A stretch of DNA of 64,000 bases from Candidatus Marinacidobacterium sp. (GCA_965220965.1 CBDCRI010000001.1:1-64000); one strand, 5' to 3'; positions 27,026 through 36,379 are shown, numbered from the stretch's first letter. Notes: generated from the letters alone by a model not told the origin. Numbers and translations are program-made.

Positions 27026-28861
27026 ATGAGCGCAAAACGACAAATGGCACTGGGAACGGTCCTGCTGGTGGCCACGCTGGGATTCGCGCTGGCGGTGGCC
27101 CAGGAGAACGAGTGCCCGCCAGGGAGCCTGGGGGGCTTCATCGTCGCGCAGGAGGGTCCGGCGGGCTCCTCGCACTGCCTCACCGACCCGAAGATCATGC
27201 GCTTCGGCGCCGGCGGCGACCTGCACCTGCGCGCCACCGCCGACTACCCGATGCCGCCGTACCCCATCGGCACCGAGTTGGAGATAAAGGCGCTGCCGGC
27301 CTGGGGCGACGCCGGCCGGCCGCTGCTGTTCGGCGGCGAGAGCAGCGACGTGGAGAGCCCGCCCGCCAACCAGGGGCGGATCGACTGGCCGCCCCGGTGG
27401 GAGGAGGTGAAGCGCTGGGAGGCCCGCGGCCTCGTTTCGATCACGCCGGTCACCGCGGCCCCGAACGCGCCGCGCTCGCTCGGCCCCTGGGGGGCGTGCT
27501 CCGCCTCCTGCGGGGCGCAGGACAACTGCGGCGCGGCGCAGGGCCAGCAGACGCGGACCTGCACGCCGGGGACCGGCAGCCACGCCTCGGAGACCTGCGA
27601 CGGGCAGGTGCTGTCGCGGGCGTGCAGCGTGAGCTGCCCCTGCACGTGCGACTGGCAGGTGGGGGCCTGGAACCCGAACCCGGCGACGCTCTGCCCGCAG
27701 TACTCCGCCACCCGCACGGTGCGCTCGAGCGCATCTGGCTGCACGCCGGCCGCGCCGAAGCCGGCCACCTCCACGCCCGGCACGAAGCAGAACTGCCCCA
27801 CCCCGACCTGCCGCTGGCAGACGGGGTCGTGGAGCCCGAACCCCTCGACCCTGTGCCCGGAGGAGACCGCTACCCGCCCCGTGTGGGAGAGCCCGGCGGG
27901 CTGCTCCCCGGCGGGTCAGAAGCCGGCCACCTCCACGCCTGGCACCAGGACGGACTGCACATGCAGCTACGGGAGCTGGAGCCCTTCCGCGAGCACGCGC
28001 TGCGCGGGCACAACGTTCACGCAGACGCGCTCCGCGTCCCCCGCCAGCTGCACGAAGACCAGCCGGGAGGCCACCGGCACGAATCCCGGTCAGAAGGGCA
28101 CGTGGTCGAACTGGTCGTGCGGCAACTGGTCGAGCTGCGGGAACAACGGAAAGAGGACGCGCACCTGCCACGGAACCTGCAGCGGCGCCACCTGCGGGGC
28201 GGGCTGCGACGGCTCCCCGACCAAGACCGAGCAGGAGACGTGCACCTGCTACATCAGTGCATGGACGCCGGCGAGGAGCACCGTCTGCGTCGGCACGCAG
28301 ATGATCCAGACGCGGACGATCACGCCCTCCTACTGCCTCGGAACGACGCTCAGGACGGTCGGCGGAACCAAGCCCAAAACGAACGGAGTCTTTGGCCCGT
28401 GGGGAGAATGGGGCCCCTGGTCGGACTGCGAGAATGGCCAGAAGTCGCGAAGCCGCAGCCGGATCTGCACGCCAGGGGATTGCGGGGGCAGCTGCGTCGG
28501 CCACCCCAGCCAGACCCAAACCGCCGACTGCGGCGGTCCCGAACCTCCGCCCTGCACCTACGCGTGGTCCCCGGAAACGAACACCGTCTGCGATGGCCAG
28601 CACTTCACGCAGTACGGAACGCGGACGAACGCCCCCTGCGATGGCTCGCCAAACCCAACCCGGCCAGCGAACGGGAGCAAGAGCTGTCCCGTTGCGAAAG
28701 TTTGGCGCTTCTGCGGCAGCGTCTTCGGCAACTACTGCGCCCTATTCGACGCAGACGCACAGAGTTTTTGCTTGGGATCGTGGTCAACACAAGATTCTTG
28801 CCTGCAAGCAAATTGCACACCTACAGGATCGCCTCCACCTTGGCCCCAATGGTCTTGCTGA
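27026..28861 (+). CDS. Secreted Cys-rich thrombospondin type-1 repeat protein A
   Basis: Signal peptide ending AVA/QENEC. TSP1-type motifs GPWGACSASCG..GQQTRTC, WSNWSCGNWSSC..GKRTRTC and WGEWGPWSDC..GQKSRSRSRIC. Confidence 0.85.
   Translation: MSAKRQMALGTVLLVATLGFALAVAQENECPPGSLGGFIVAQEGPAGSSHCLTDPKIMRFGAGGDLHLRATADYPMPPYPIGTELEIKALPAWGDAGRPLLFGGESSDVESPPANQGRIDWPPRWEEVKRWEARGLVSITPVTAAPNAPRSLGPWGACSASCGAQDNCGAAQGQQTRTCTPGTGSHASETCDGQVLSRACSVSCPCTCDWQVGAWNPNPATLCPQYSATRTVRSSASGCTPAAPKPATSTPGTKQNCPTPTCRWQTGSWSPNPSTLCPEETATRPVWESPAGCSPAGQKPATSTPGTRTDCTCSYGSWSPSASTRCAGTTFTQTRSASPASCTKTSREATGTNPGQKGTWSNWSCGNWSSCGNNGKRTRTCHGTCSGATCGAGCDGSPTKTEQETCTCYISAWTPARSTVCVGTQMIQTRTITPSYCLGTTLRTVGGTKPKTNGVFGPWGEWGPWSDCENGQKSRSRSRICTPGDCGGSCVGHPSQTQTADCGGPEPPPCTYAWSPETNTVCDGQHFTQYGTRTNAPCDGSPNPTRPANGSKSCPVAKVWRFCGSVFGNYCALFDADAQSFCLGSWSTQDSCLQANCTPTGSPPPWPQWSC
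27098..28085 (+). repeat. ~1-kb direct repeat, copy 1 (shared 5' part of the TSP1 genes)
   Basis: Colinear with 32228-33215 (offset 5130). Near-identical for the first ~560 bp, then more divergent. Confidence 0.9.
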
Positions 28862-29082
28862 GAGCATGGCGAGAACTTCCCAGCGCCGTGCCCTACATCT
28901 GCATTGCCCTTGAGATGAGCGTCAAGGCCCTTTTCCCCCCTTGGTCGCTGACGGCGGGCGGGGGGGGGCCGAAGATGTTGGCCAATGGCGTGACGGGGCT
29001 CCCAAAGTGCGACTTTGGCACAGCTTCCGCCTATGGGACAAACGGAGCGAGATGACTCGACAGGAGCCCACACCCTAGGGTG

Positions 29083-31386
29083 TCACTCCGCGAACAGCCA
29101 TTCCTGCCACACGGCCCGGCCCTCCGGGTCCACGATGGTCACCGAGGTAGGCGCCCGGCCGGCCGGGGCAGGCACCCGGTCGATCCAGAAGCCGTCGTTT
29201 TCCCCGTCCAAGTCGTGCGCTGGATAGGCGGGGGCCAGTGGGCGCTCGAAGCGAATCCCGTCGCCAGGCACCTCGACGATGAGCCGGTGTCGTCCCTCGC
29301 CGTCCCGGACCGCGCGCTTCGGCGCCTTGTCAAGCAGACGGTGGCGGGTAAGGCTGTAGCGGCCGTGCCCGTCCACGCGGCCCGCGAGCAGCAGGGACTT
29401 GGCGACTGGGGGGGGCGTTGCCGCGTCCTTTGACAGAGTGCTTTGATCCGCCGAGGTGTCCGGCAGCGGATCGTGGCGGATGCGCCAGCGCTGCACCTCC
29501 CGGTAGCTGTGGTCAGAGGCGAATCTCGGCCAGCAGTAGCTCATGATGTCTTTGGCTGCCTCTTCGCCGGTGCCGGGAACGCCGGGCACGAAGCCTCCAG
29601 CTCCGTCGTTGAGGCGCGCATCCCAGACGCGGTTGGGGCCGAGGCCCCCGTCCGTGTGCGGGAATGCCTCGTGCGGTGCCGACGATCCGCAGCCGGCGTC
29701 TACGTGGAAAACGCCCAAGTTGTGTCCGAGTTCGTGGGGCAAGGCGTTTGGGCAGTCTCCCCTAACAAGCACTGAGCGGTTCTGGGCAATTATGTCGTCG
29801 GGAGTTCTCCGTTTGATGAGGTAAGCGAGGCCGCAGGCGGCCTGTGCAGCACCGGACTCATCCGGCCAGTCCACATAACCAACCCAGACCTCGTTTGGGC
29901 TTTCCGTAGCTTGCGAGGTCCGGTAGACCGTCAGTTCATGCAGTGCATCCTCCCAAGCGCTAAGTCCTGCCTCGACGTCGATGCCGCGAAGTGCGAACAC
30001 GTCGGGCTCGCCGGTGGAGCTCTCGTGATTGCGCACGGCCACCGTCGGCGCCGGCCAGAAAGCATCCGCCACAGCCGTGATCTCCGCTTCGGAGGGCACG
30101 TCCTCCGGGGGGATGAGGCCGCTGGGCGGCGGGGTCTCGCCAGCTGAGGGCTCCCTGTGGACGGGAACCACCACGAGCTCCAAGGGGCGCGTTCGGTGCA
30201 TCCCCGCGTCTGGAAGAGGAACCGTGACGATGTTGTCATCCTCGTCCGACTCCTTTAGCCGATTGTCGGGGTCGACCTCAAGGCGCACGTCGAGGCCCGC
30301 CTGGTAGTGCTCCGGGGGCACGCGGTAGAGCAGCTCGGAGACGAACGGGGACTCGCCGTAGACCTCCGGGGTCTCCAGCCGATTGGGACCATCGCCGGCC
30401 TGCTCCAGGCCCGCCCCGTCGCCGGTGCCGTCGCGGGCGACAAGGCGCGCGGCGACCTCCGGAACGGTTTCGTAGCCGTGCTCCACGTGCACCGAGACGA
30501 TGGCGAAGCGGCCGGCCTGCGGATGCACGTCCACGCCGCCGCGGTTGTCCGTCTCGCCGGTCTCGACGACGTGGCGCGACACCAGCGGCCCTTGGTAGGT
30601 TTCAACCAGCGTGATCGTGGGATTGCCCGCATCGCACTCCCACACCCATTCGGCCTCGATGTCGTCGGCGTGCTGGACCTCGATGGCGATGGCGGTCGTG
30701 ATCGGCTCCCGGGTGCCGTGCAGGCAGTTCTCCACGCTCAATTGGACGGAAACCGCCTCGCCGACCGTCAGCTCCCCGGATTCCGGTGAGGCCAGCACGG
30801 TGCCGGCAGTAACGCCGTCGTTATCGGGCGTGAGTTTGTAGTCGAGCTTGGGCGGGTCTGCCCAGTCGGAGGCGGCGGTGAACTTCAAGGTGGCCGTGGG
30901 CGGGTCGAGGGCTCCGCCGGAGGCTTGGTCGGGCGTGGTGTCGACGGTGACCTCCACGTCGGGGTAGACGCACTCAATGCTGACGGCGACGGTCTCGGTG
31001 TGCCCGCCGCCGGTGGCGGTGACGTCGGCGCTGGCCTCGCCGGCCTCGCCGCAGCTGGCGTCCACGGCGAAGGCCGCGCTGCCGTTGGCGGGCACGTCAA
31101 GGCTATTGGGCTCGACGGTCGCCCAGTCGGCCCCGCTGTTCAGGGAGACGGTGAGCTGGGAGTCCCTGCGGTTGGTGACGCGGACTTCGGTGCCGTCGAC
31201 GGCGAGCCCGCCCAGCTGGCCGGACCCCTCGATGGCGTTGGTGGAAACGCTGAACGCGGGGCCGGATGGCTGCGTGGTGCCGGTGCCGCCCCCGCCGCTG
31301 CCGCTTCCGCCACCACCGCCGCAGCCGGCGGCGAGCAGCGCCAGCGCGAGCAGGGCAGGCATTGTGAGAGCTTGGTGGTTGGCCAT
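29083..31386 (-). CDS. Lipoprotein zinc metalloprotease (metzincin, M66-like) with Ig-like/CARDB-like domains
   Basis: Lipobox LAAGC plus Gly linker; EVDPDNRLKESDEDDN; HELGHNLGVFH (HExxHxxGxxH); Met-turn DIMSYC. Confidence 0.85.
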   Translation of the reverse strand: MANHQALTMPALLALALLAAGCGGGGGSGSGGGGTGTTQPSGPAFSVSTNAIEGSGQLGGLAVDGTEVRVTNRRDSQLTVSLNSGADWATVEPNSLDVPANGSAAFAVDASCGEAGEASADVTATGGGHTETVAVSIECVYPDVEVTVDTTPDQASGGALDPPTATLKFTAASDWADPPKLDYKLTPDNDGVTAGTVLASPESGELTVGEAVSVQLSVENCLHGTREPITTAIAIEVQHADDIEAEWVWECDAGNPTITLVETYQGPLVSRHVVETGETDNRGGVDVHPQAGRFAIVSVHVEHGYETVPEVAARLVARDGTGDGAGLEQAGDGPNRLETPEVYGESPFVSELLYRVPPEHYQAGLDVRLEVDPDNRLKESDEDDNIVTVPLPDAGMHRTRPLELVVVPVHREPSAGETPPPSGLIPPEDVPSEAEITAVADAFWPAPTVAVRNHESSTGEPDVFALRGIDVEAGLSAWEDALHELTVYRTSQATESPNEVWVGYVDWPDESGAAQAACGLAYLIKRRTPDDIIAQNRSVLVRGDCPNALPHELGHNLGVFHVDAGCGSSAPHEAFPHTDGGLGPNRVWDARLNDGAGGFVPGVPGTGEEAAKDIMSYCWPRFASDHSYREVQRWRIRHDPLPDTSADQSTLSKDAATPPPVAKSLLLAGRVDGHGRYSLTRHRLLDKAPKRAVRDGEGRHRLIVEVPGDGIRFERPLAPAYPAHDLDGENDGFWIDRVPAPAGRAPTSVTIVDPEGRAVWQEWLFAE

Positions 31387-31587
31387 CGTGGTCTCCTTTC
31401 GTGGCGTTTCCTTGGGGACGTTCATGGGGATGGGGGCATTGCGGCCGCGAGCCAATGATCCCTATTCCCTTGGCAGTGGATGGTGAGGATTTACGGCGTG
31501 AACCGCTTGCCAATCCCCCCGACCCGCAGCCCTAGTCATTGGTCCCTCGCTGAGGGCCTAGTTCAGCGAGGCCTCAAATCTATTCAT

Positions 31588-31596
31588 ATTATACCA
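31588..31596 (-). promoter_or_regulatory. Extended -10 promoter TGGTATAAT for the metalloprotease gene
   Basis: Perfect TGnTATAAT, followed on the transcript by a 9-bp inverted repeat (31545-31553/31563-31571). Confidence 0.55.
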
Positions 31597-32152
31597 TAGC
31601 GGCTCAAGCCATGCGAAGAACTAGGGATTCGGCAGAGCGGGGCAAGCTGAACTCGTCATCCTTCCCCGAAAGTAATGCCAAGGCTGGGCGGGAGAGGCAA
31701 TGGGGAGAGCCATCCTGTTTTGTCGTTGTGGACACACCATAGCTTCGAAGCTGGTTGGAAACGCACTCCGGCGTTAACCTTTCCTTCGCTTGACCCTTTG
31801 GCTTACCAGTTTCGCCAGCCCGGCTCATATCACGTAACCGCTCGCACTGCGATGCGTGTTGAAGTGCGCACTGCGATGCAACTTATGGGAAGTTCACCCC
31901 GCCCTCGATGAGGGTCTTCTACGTGTTTTGCTTGGAGCATGAAACGTTCTTCGCCCAGACTTGGCACGGACAGCACGGTTGGCGAGTGAGCCTTCGCTGC
32001 TCTTGCTAGGCCGGGCGAGTCTTCTCTTGGAGCGGGGGGTAGCGGTTGCTATGCTGGCCGCTGGAGCCTGAGGGCAGAAAGCAAACAAGTTGGCAGAGTT
32101 CGGGAGGAATTCACCTCCGCAATCAGCCAGAGTGAGGGACTAAGGGGGGGTC

Positions 32153-33883
32153 ATGGGCAACAAGGCCATTCTTACGTGGAGTCTGCCCGCCCTCCTAGTG
32201 TGTTTGTTGGCCCCTTCCCCTGCCTATGCCCAGGAGAACGAGTGCCCGCCGGGCAGCTTGGGCGGCTTCATCGTCGCGCAGGAGGGTCCGGCGGGCTCCT
32301 CGCACTGCCTCACCGACCCGAAGATCATGCGCTTCGGCGCGGGCGGCGACCTGCACCTGCGCGCCACCGCCGACTACCCGATGCCGCCGTACCCGATCGG
32401 CACCGAGCTGGAGATAAAGGCGCTGCCGGCCTGGGGCGACGCCGGCCGGCCGCTGCTGTTCGGCGGCGAGAGCAGCGACGTGGAGAGCCCGCCCGCCAAT
32501 CAGGGCCGCATCGACTGGCCGCCCCGGTGGGAGGAGGTGAAGCGCTGGGAGGCCCGCGGCCTGGTCTCGATCACGCCGGTCACCGCGGCCCCCAACGCGC
32601 CGCGCTCGCTCGGCCCCTGGGGGGCGTGCTCCGCCTCCTGCGGGGCGCAGGACAACTGCGGCACGGCGCAGGGCCAGCAGACGCGGACCTGCACGGCGGG
32701 GACCGGCAGCCACGCCTCGGAGACCTGCGACGGGCAGGTGCTGTCGCGGGCGTGCAGCGTGAGCTGCCCCTGCACGTGCACCTGGCAGGTTGGGGCTTGG
32801 AATCCTGACCCGGCGACGCTCTGCCCGCAGTACTCGGCGACCCGCACGGTGCGCTCGAGCGCCGCCGGCTGCACGCCGGCCGCGTCGCAGCCGGCGACTT
32901 CCACGCCCGGCACGAAGCAGAACTGCCCCACCCAGACCTGCCGCTGGCAGACCTCGGCGTGGAGCCCCGACCCGTCGACCATCTGCCCGCACGAATCGGC
33001 GAGCCGCTCCGTGTGGGAGAGCCCGTCGGGTTGCTCGCCGGCCGGTGAGAAGCCGGCCACCTCCACGGCGGGCACCAGGACGGACTGCACGTGCAGCTAC
33101 GGGAGCTGGAGACCTTCCGCGAGCACGCGCTGCATAGGCACAGCGTTCACGCAGACGCGCTCCGCGTCCCCCGCCGGCTGCACGGAGACCAGCCGGCAGG
33201 CCACCGGGACGAAGCCTCAAGGCCGAGGAACGCTCGGGCCGTGGGGAGATTGGGGCTCCTGGTCGGCCTGCGAGAATGGCCAGAAATCGCGAAGCCGCAG
33301 CCGGAGCTGCACGCCAGGGGATTGCGGGGGCAGCTGCGTTGGCCCCACCAGCCAAACCCAAACCGCGGACTGCGGCGGTCCCGAACCCCCGCCCTGCACC
33401 TACGCGTGGTCCCCGGCAACGAACACCGTGTGCGCCGGCGTGCCCTTCAAGCAGCACGGGACGAGGACGAACTCTCCCTGCGATGGATCACCAAACCCGG
33501 AGCGGGACGCCACCGGGACCAAGCCCCAAACGCCGGGGTCTTGGTCAGCATGGTCCTGTGGGCCATGGTCACCTTGGTCAGCGTGTTCGAACGGGCAGAA
33601 GACCAGGACCGCAAGCTGCACAAGAAGCTGTCAAGAAGGCACGTGTGGAGGCAGCTGCTCAGGGGCCTCATCAAAAACAAACACCGAAAGCGAGGCCTGT
33701 GCCACGCTCGCTTTGTACGATTGCTGGTACATGAACCCCTTCGATACACGCGAAAAGTCGCAACGGGCGTATGACTGCTGCTCGGAGCCTTCTCAGCCGA
33801 CGATTCAGGATTGCGGGCTCCCGACGTACATGCGCTGCTTCCGCGTGCCGGGCCACCAATGCTGGCAACGAGGCATACAGTGA
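32153..33883 (+). CDS. Secreted Cys-rich thrombospondin type-1 repeat protein B
   Basis: Different signal peptide (AYA/QENEC), same mature N-terminus as protein A, TSP1 motifs, different C-terminal tip. Confidence 0.85.
   Translation: MGNKAILTWSLPALLVCLLAPSPAYAQENECPPGSLGGFIVAQEGPAGSSHCLTDPKIMRFGAGGDLHLRATADYPMPPYPIGTELEIKALPAWGDAGRPLLFGGESSDVESPPANQGRIDWPPRWEEVKRWEARGLVSITPVTAAPNAPRSLGPWGACSASCGAQDNCGTAQGQQTRTCTAGTGSHASETCDGQVLSRACSVSCPCTCTWQVGAWNPDPATLCPQYSATRTVRSSAAGCTPAASQPATSTPGTKQNCPTQTCRWQTSAWSPDPSTICPHESASRSVWESPSGCSPAGEKPATSTAGTRTDCTCSYGSWRPSASTRCIGTAFTQTRSASPAGCTETSRQATGTKPQGRGTLGPWGDWGSWSACENGQKSRSRSRSCTPGDCGGSCVGPTSQTQTADCGGPEPPPCTYAWSPATNTVCAGVPFKQHGTRTNSPCDGSPNPERDATGTKPQTPGSWSAWSCGPWSPWSACSNGQKTRTASCTRSCQEGTCGGSCSGASSKTNTESEACATLALYDCWYMNPFDTREKSQRAYDCCSEPSQPTIQDCGLPTYMRCFRVPGHQCWQRGIQ
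32228..33215 (+). repeat. ~1-kb direct repeat, copy 2
   Basis: Matches 27098-28085. Confidence 0.9.
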
Positions 33884-34157
33884 TCGGCAGCCCGATTGGC
33901 TGCGGACAATCCGGATGCGTGACGTGCTCTCCCTATGGCGCCATTGGGTTGTTGATAGCTTCTGCACGCAGAACGTTGAGTTGCCGTTTCGCAGGCTTAG
34001 GCTAGGGGCTTCAGAGGAGCTGGCCCATTCGCCGGACTTGCTCACCAAGGCCTTTGCGAGCGGCGCCGCCCGGCTCCTCTCCGGCGGACGCTGCTGTCAA
34101 GGGGCCACGTTATAATTCGGGCGCACTGAACAGCCATCCCGTGAGCCGACCGACCCA

Positions 34158-34667
34158 ATGCAACGTCTCCTGCCCGCCCTCTGCCTCGCCTTCGCCTTGG
34201 CCGCCGCCCCCGACGCGTATGGACAGGGCTGCCCGCCCCCCGATTGCCGGTGGGCCGAGGTCATCCGCGTGGTGGACGGCGACACCGTCACGGCCTCCGT
34301 CGCGTCGCCGGAAGGGAAGGGGCTTGAGCGCCTTCGCGTGCGCCTCGCCGGCATCGACGCCCCGGAGTCCGACCAGCCCTGGGGCGGCAGGGCCGGCGCG
34401 GCCCTCAGGTCGCTCGCCTTGGGCAGGACCGTCGCCCTTCACGTTGACGGCACGGACCGCTACGGCCGGACCATCGCCGTTCTGGTGATCGGCGGCGTGG
34501 ACCTCAACCAGGAAATGGTCAGGACCGGCAACGCCTGGGTGTACCGGCGCTACGCGCCGGCCGGCTGGCTGCCGATCGAGACGGAGGCGCGCGCGGCGCG
34601 GCGCGGGCTCTGGGCGCAGGACGCCCCCGTGCCGCCCTGGCAGTGGCGCCGCGGTGAGCGGCCCTAG
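34158..34667 (+). CDS. Thermonuclease (SNase family), secreted
   Basis: VIRVVDGDT, VRLAGIDAPE.DQPWG, DRYGRTIA, ARAARRGLW..PPWQWR; signal peptide; TATAAT at 34111. Confidence 0.95.
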   Translation: MQRLLPALCLAFALAAAPDAYGQGCPPPDCRWAEVIRVVDGDTVTASVASPEGKGLERLRVRLAGIDAPESDQPWGGRAGAALRSLALGRTVALHVDGTDRYGRTIAVLVIGGVDLNQEMVRTGNAWVYRRYAPAGWLPIETEARAARRGLWAQDAPVPPWQWRRGERP

Positions 34668-34785
34668 GAGGCCGCAGGAGGGCCGCAGCGGCCCGCCCGC
34701 TCCCTTTGGGCGGGCCAGACGGGAAAAGGCCGTGAGCGGCCCCACGTTGCGCCACAGGGCCTGATCGGCGCACGCCGGCCTTCCG

Positions 34786-35262
34786 ATGCCCGCCCTGCCG
34801 ACGCCCCGGACCCCCGATGACTGGTCGCCCGATGGCAACCCGACCGTGCGCACCCTGCTCGCGGTCGGCGCGAACCGGGCCGTCGGGGCCCGCTACCGCC
34901 GCCGCCTGGAGCGGGCCTTCGGCGCCCTGCACCTCGAGCGGGAGTTCTGCGAGGCGACGGCGATGCGCATCGCCCAGGGCATCTGGCTCGACGAGTGGCG
35001 GGCGCAGCGGCCCGGGCGGGCCGGCCCTCCGGAGGTCGAGTGGATCCCGAACGCCACCCACCTGGTCGGCTGCCTGACGCTCCCCCACGGCGGGGAGGAC
35101 GGGGATGAGGCCGCGCCGGAGGCCGCCAGGGGCTTCACGCTGGTGCCGGAGGCCGGGGTCTGGATACGCCCGATCATGGCCGTGCCGCACCGCATGGCCC
35201 GCCTGACCCCGGCGTTGACCGTGGCCCTGCGCCTTGCGCGCCGGCTCGGCGGCTTTGGTTAG
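34786..35262 (+). CDS. Hypothetical protein
   Basis: 158-aa ORF with protein-like composition. No family recognised. Confidence 0.5.
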   Translation: MPALPTPRTPDDWSPDGNPTVRTLLAVGANRAVGARYRRRLERAFGALHLEREFCEATAMRIAQGIWLDEWRAQRPGRAGPPEVEWIPNATHLVGCLTLPHGGEDGDEAAPEAARGFTLVPEAGVWIRPIMAVPHRMARLTPALTVALRLARRLGGFG

Positions 35263-35323
35263 GGGCGGGGGAGGGGCCGGCGCCGGCCCTGGAGGGAGGC
35301 CCCGCCCGTGGCGGATGGGGACA

Positions 35324-35902
35324 TCACTGCCTCGGGGGCTTGCCGTATCGCCACTCCCACTCGACCCCGCGCATGGCCTCCAGCTTGGCGCCGTAGGCGG
35401 ACCAGTCAATGGGCACGTCGTACTCCCACCATTCCGTGCCGTAGGGCCTGGCGAGCAGCAGCGCGAAGAGCCACCAGAATACGAAGATCGAGTGCAGGCG
35501 GATGTCCGGCGGGGTGGCGATCGCGACCGCCACGGTCAGCGCCAGGAGGATGAACGTCCACATCCCGATGCGGTACCACTGCAGGCTGCGGCAGCGCCGC
35601 ACGAGGCAGGCGAACAGCGGGAGGGCCGGAACCCAGTCGATGAGCGCCTGCACGGGGCCGACCCACGCTTCCGGGACCTCCATGCCGTGCTGAGCGGCCG
35701 AGTGCCGGATGAAGACCATCACGCTCCACCACGCCCAAGCGAAGGCCACGACGCAGAGCAGCTCGCGAAGCCATCCCCGGACGGTGGGCGTTGGGGTGAA
35801 GTCCAGGCACCGGCGCCAGACGTCCATGCTGACCCGCGGGTTGTCGAAGAACAGCGGGAAGGGACGCCACGCCCGCGGCTCGGGAACCCGTTCTTCGTCC
35901 AT
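35324..35902 (-). CDS. Hypothetical membrane protein (about 4 TM)
   Basis: Several hydrophobic segments; LVRRCRSL recalls the DUF805-type VRR motif; AT-rich upstream region. Confidence 0.65.
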   Translation of the reverse strand: MDEERVPEPRAWRPFPLFFDNPRVSMDVWRRCLDFTPTPTVRGWLRELLCVVAFAWAWWSVMVFIRHSAAQHGMEVPEAWVGPVQALIDWVPALPLFACLVRRCRSLQWYRIGMWTFILLALTVAVAIATPPDIRLHSIFVFWWLFALLLARPYGTEWWEYDVPIDWSAYGAKLEAMRGVEWEWRYGKPPRQ

Positions 35903-35914
35903 GGGCGCTTTCCG

Positions 35915-35960
35915 TTATAACTTTATAAATTTATAAATATTATAGCATTATAAATATATA
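35915..35960. other. Extremely AT-rich patch (promoter and/or DNA-unwinding element)
   Basis: ttataactttataaatttataaatattatagcattataaatatata in a GC-rich background. Confidence 0.7.
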
Positions 35961-36076
35961 CTGACCCCCGATTCGCGAACTTGGCCTTTCGGACGAGGGG
36001 CGAAGCCATGGAGGGGTGGAAACTGCCCCTCCCAGGGGCCTCCTGGAGCCCCCAATGGACAGTGGATTTGCACGAA

Positions 36077-36157
36077 ACGCCACTAAGACGCCACTAAGAC
36101 GCCACTAAGACGCCACTAAGACGCCACTAAGTGGCCACTGAGTGGCCACTCAGTGGC
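36077..36157. repeat. 11-bp tandem repeats (ACGCCACTAAG x5) running into a 24-bp perfect palindrome
   Basis: Five exact units at 36077-36131, then GCCACTGAGTGGCCACTCAGTGGC at 36134-36157. The GCCACTNAG core recurs 7 times at 11-bp pitch. Confidence 0.95.
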
Positions 36158-36379
36158 AAAGAGCCTTCCTCCTCCCCCCGCCAGCTTCCCATTTCGAGGA
36201 GAAAGGGGGCAGCCATCTCAACGGGAAGTTGCCGCGCGATTCCAGGGCCAAGTTCCCGTCCCTGAGCGGCCATGGCGGAAGACGGACTGAGTGAGCTGCC
36301 GCTTCAGCTCCCCAGAGGCGGGGGTCGGCGCGTGGCGGACGTGTGCGTTCATGACCCGGCGCAAGCGCACATGATGGCG

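Noticed and set aside
28607-28617. 11-nt match (ACGCAGTACGG) between the mini-CRISPR spacer and TSP1 gene A; also a 10-nt reverse match at ~12039
   Set aside because: Short, outside the 5' seed and of a length expected by chance in a window this size.
31600-32150. Lower-GC intergenic stretch with short ORFs (possible IS scar or ncRNA)
   Set aside because: No recognisable protein motif, terminal repeats or known RNA structure.
25136-33883. Classical R64-type shufflon
   Set aside because: No Rci-like tyrosine recombinase, no short inverted sfx-like repeats and no inverted partial ORFs were seen; both TSP1 genes are complete and co-oriented.
36077-36157. CRISPR array or coding repeat
   Set aside because: Units are contiguous with no spacers, and the 11-bp period is not a multiple of three.
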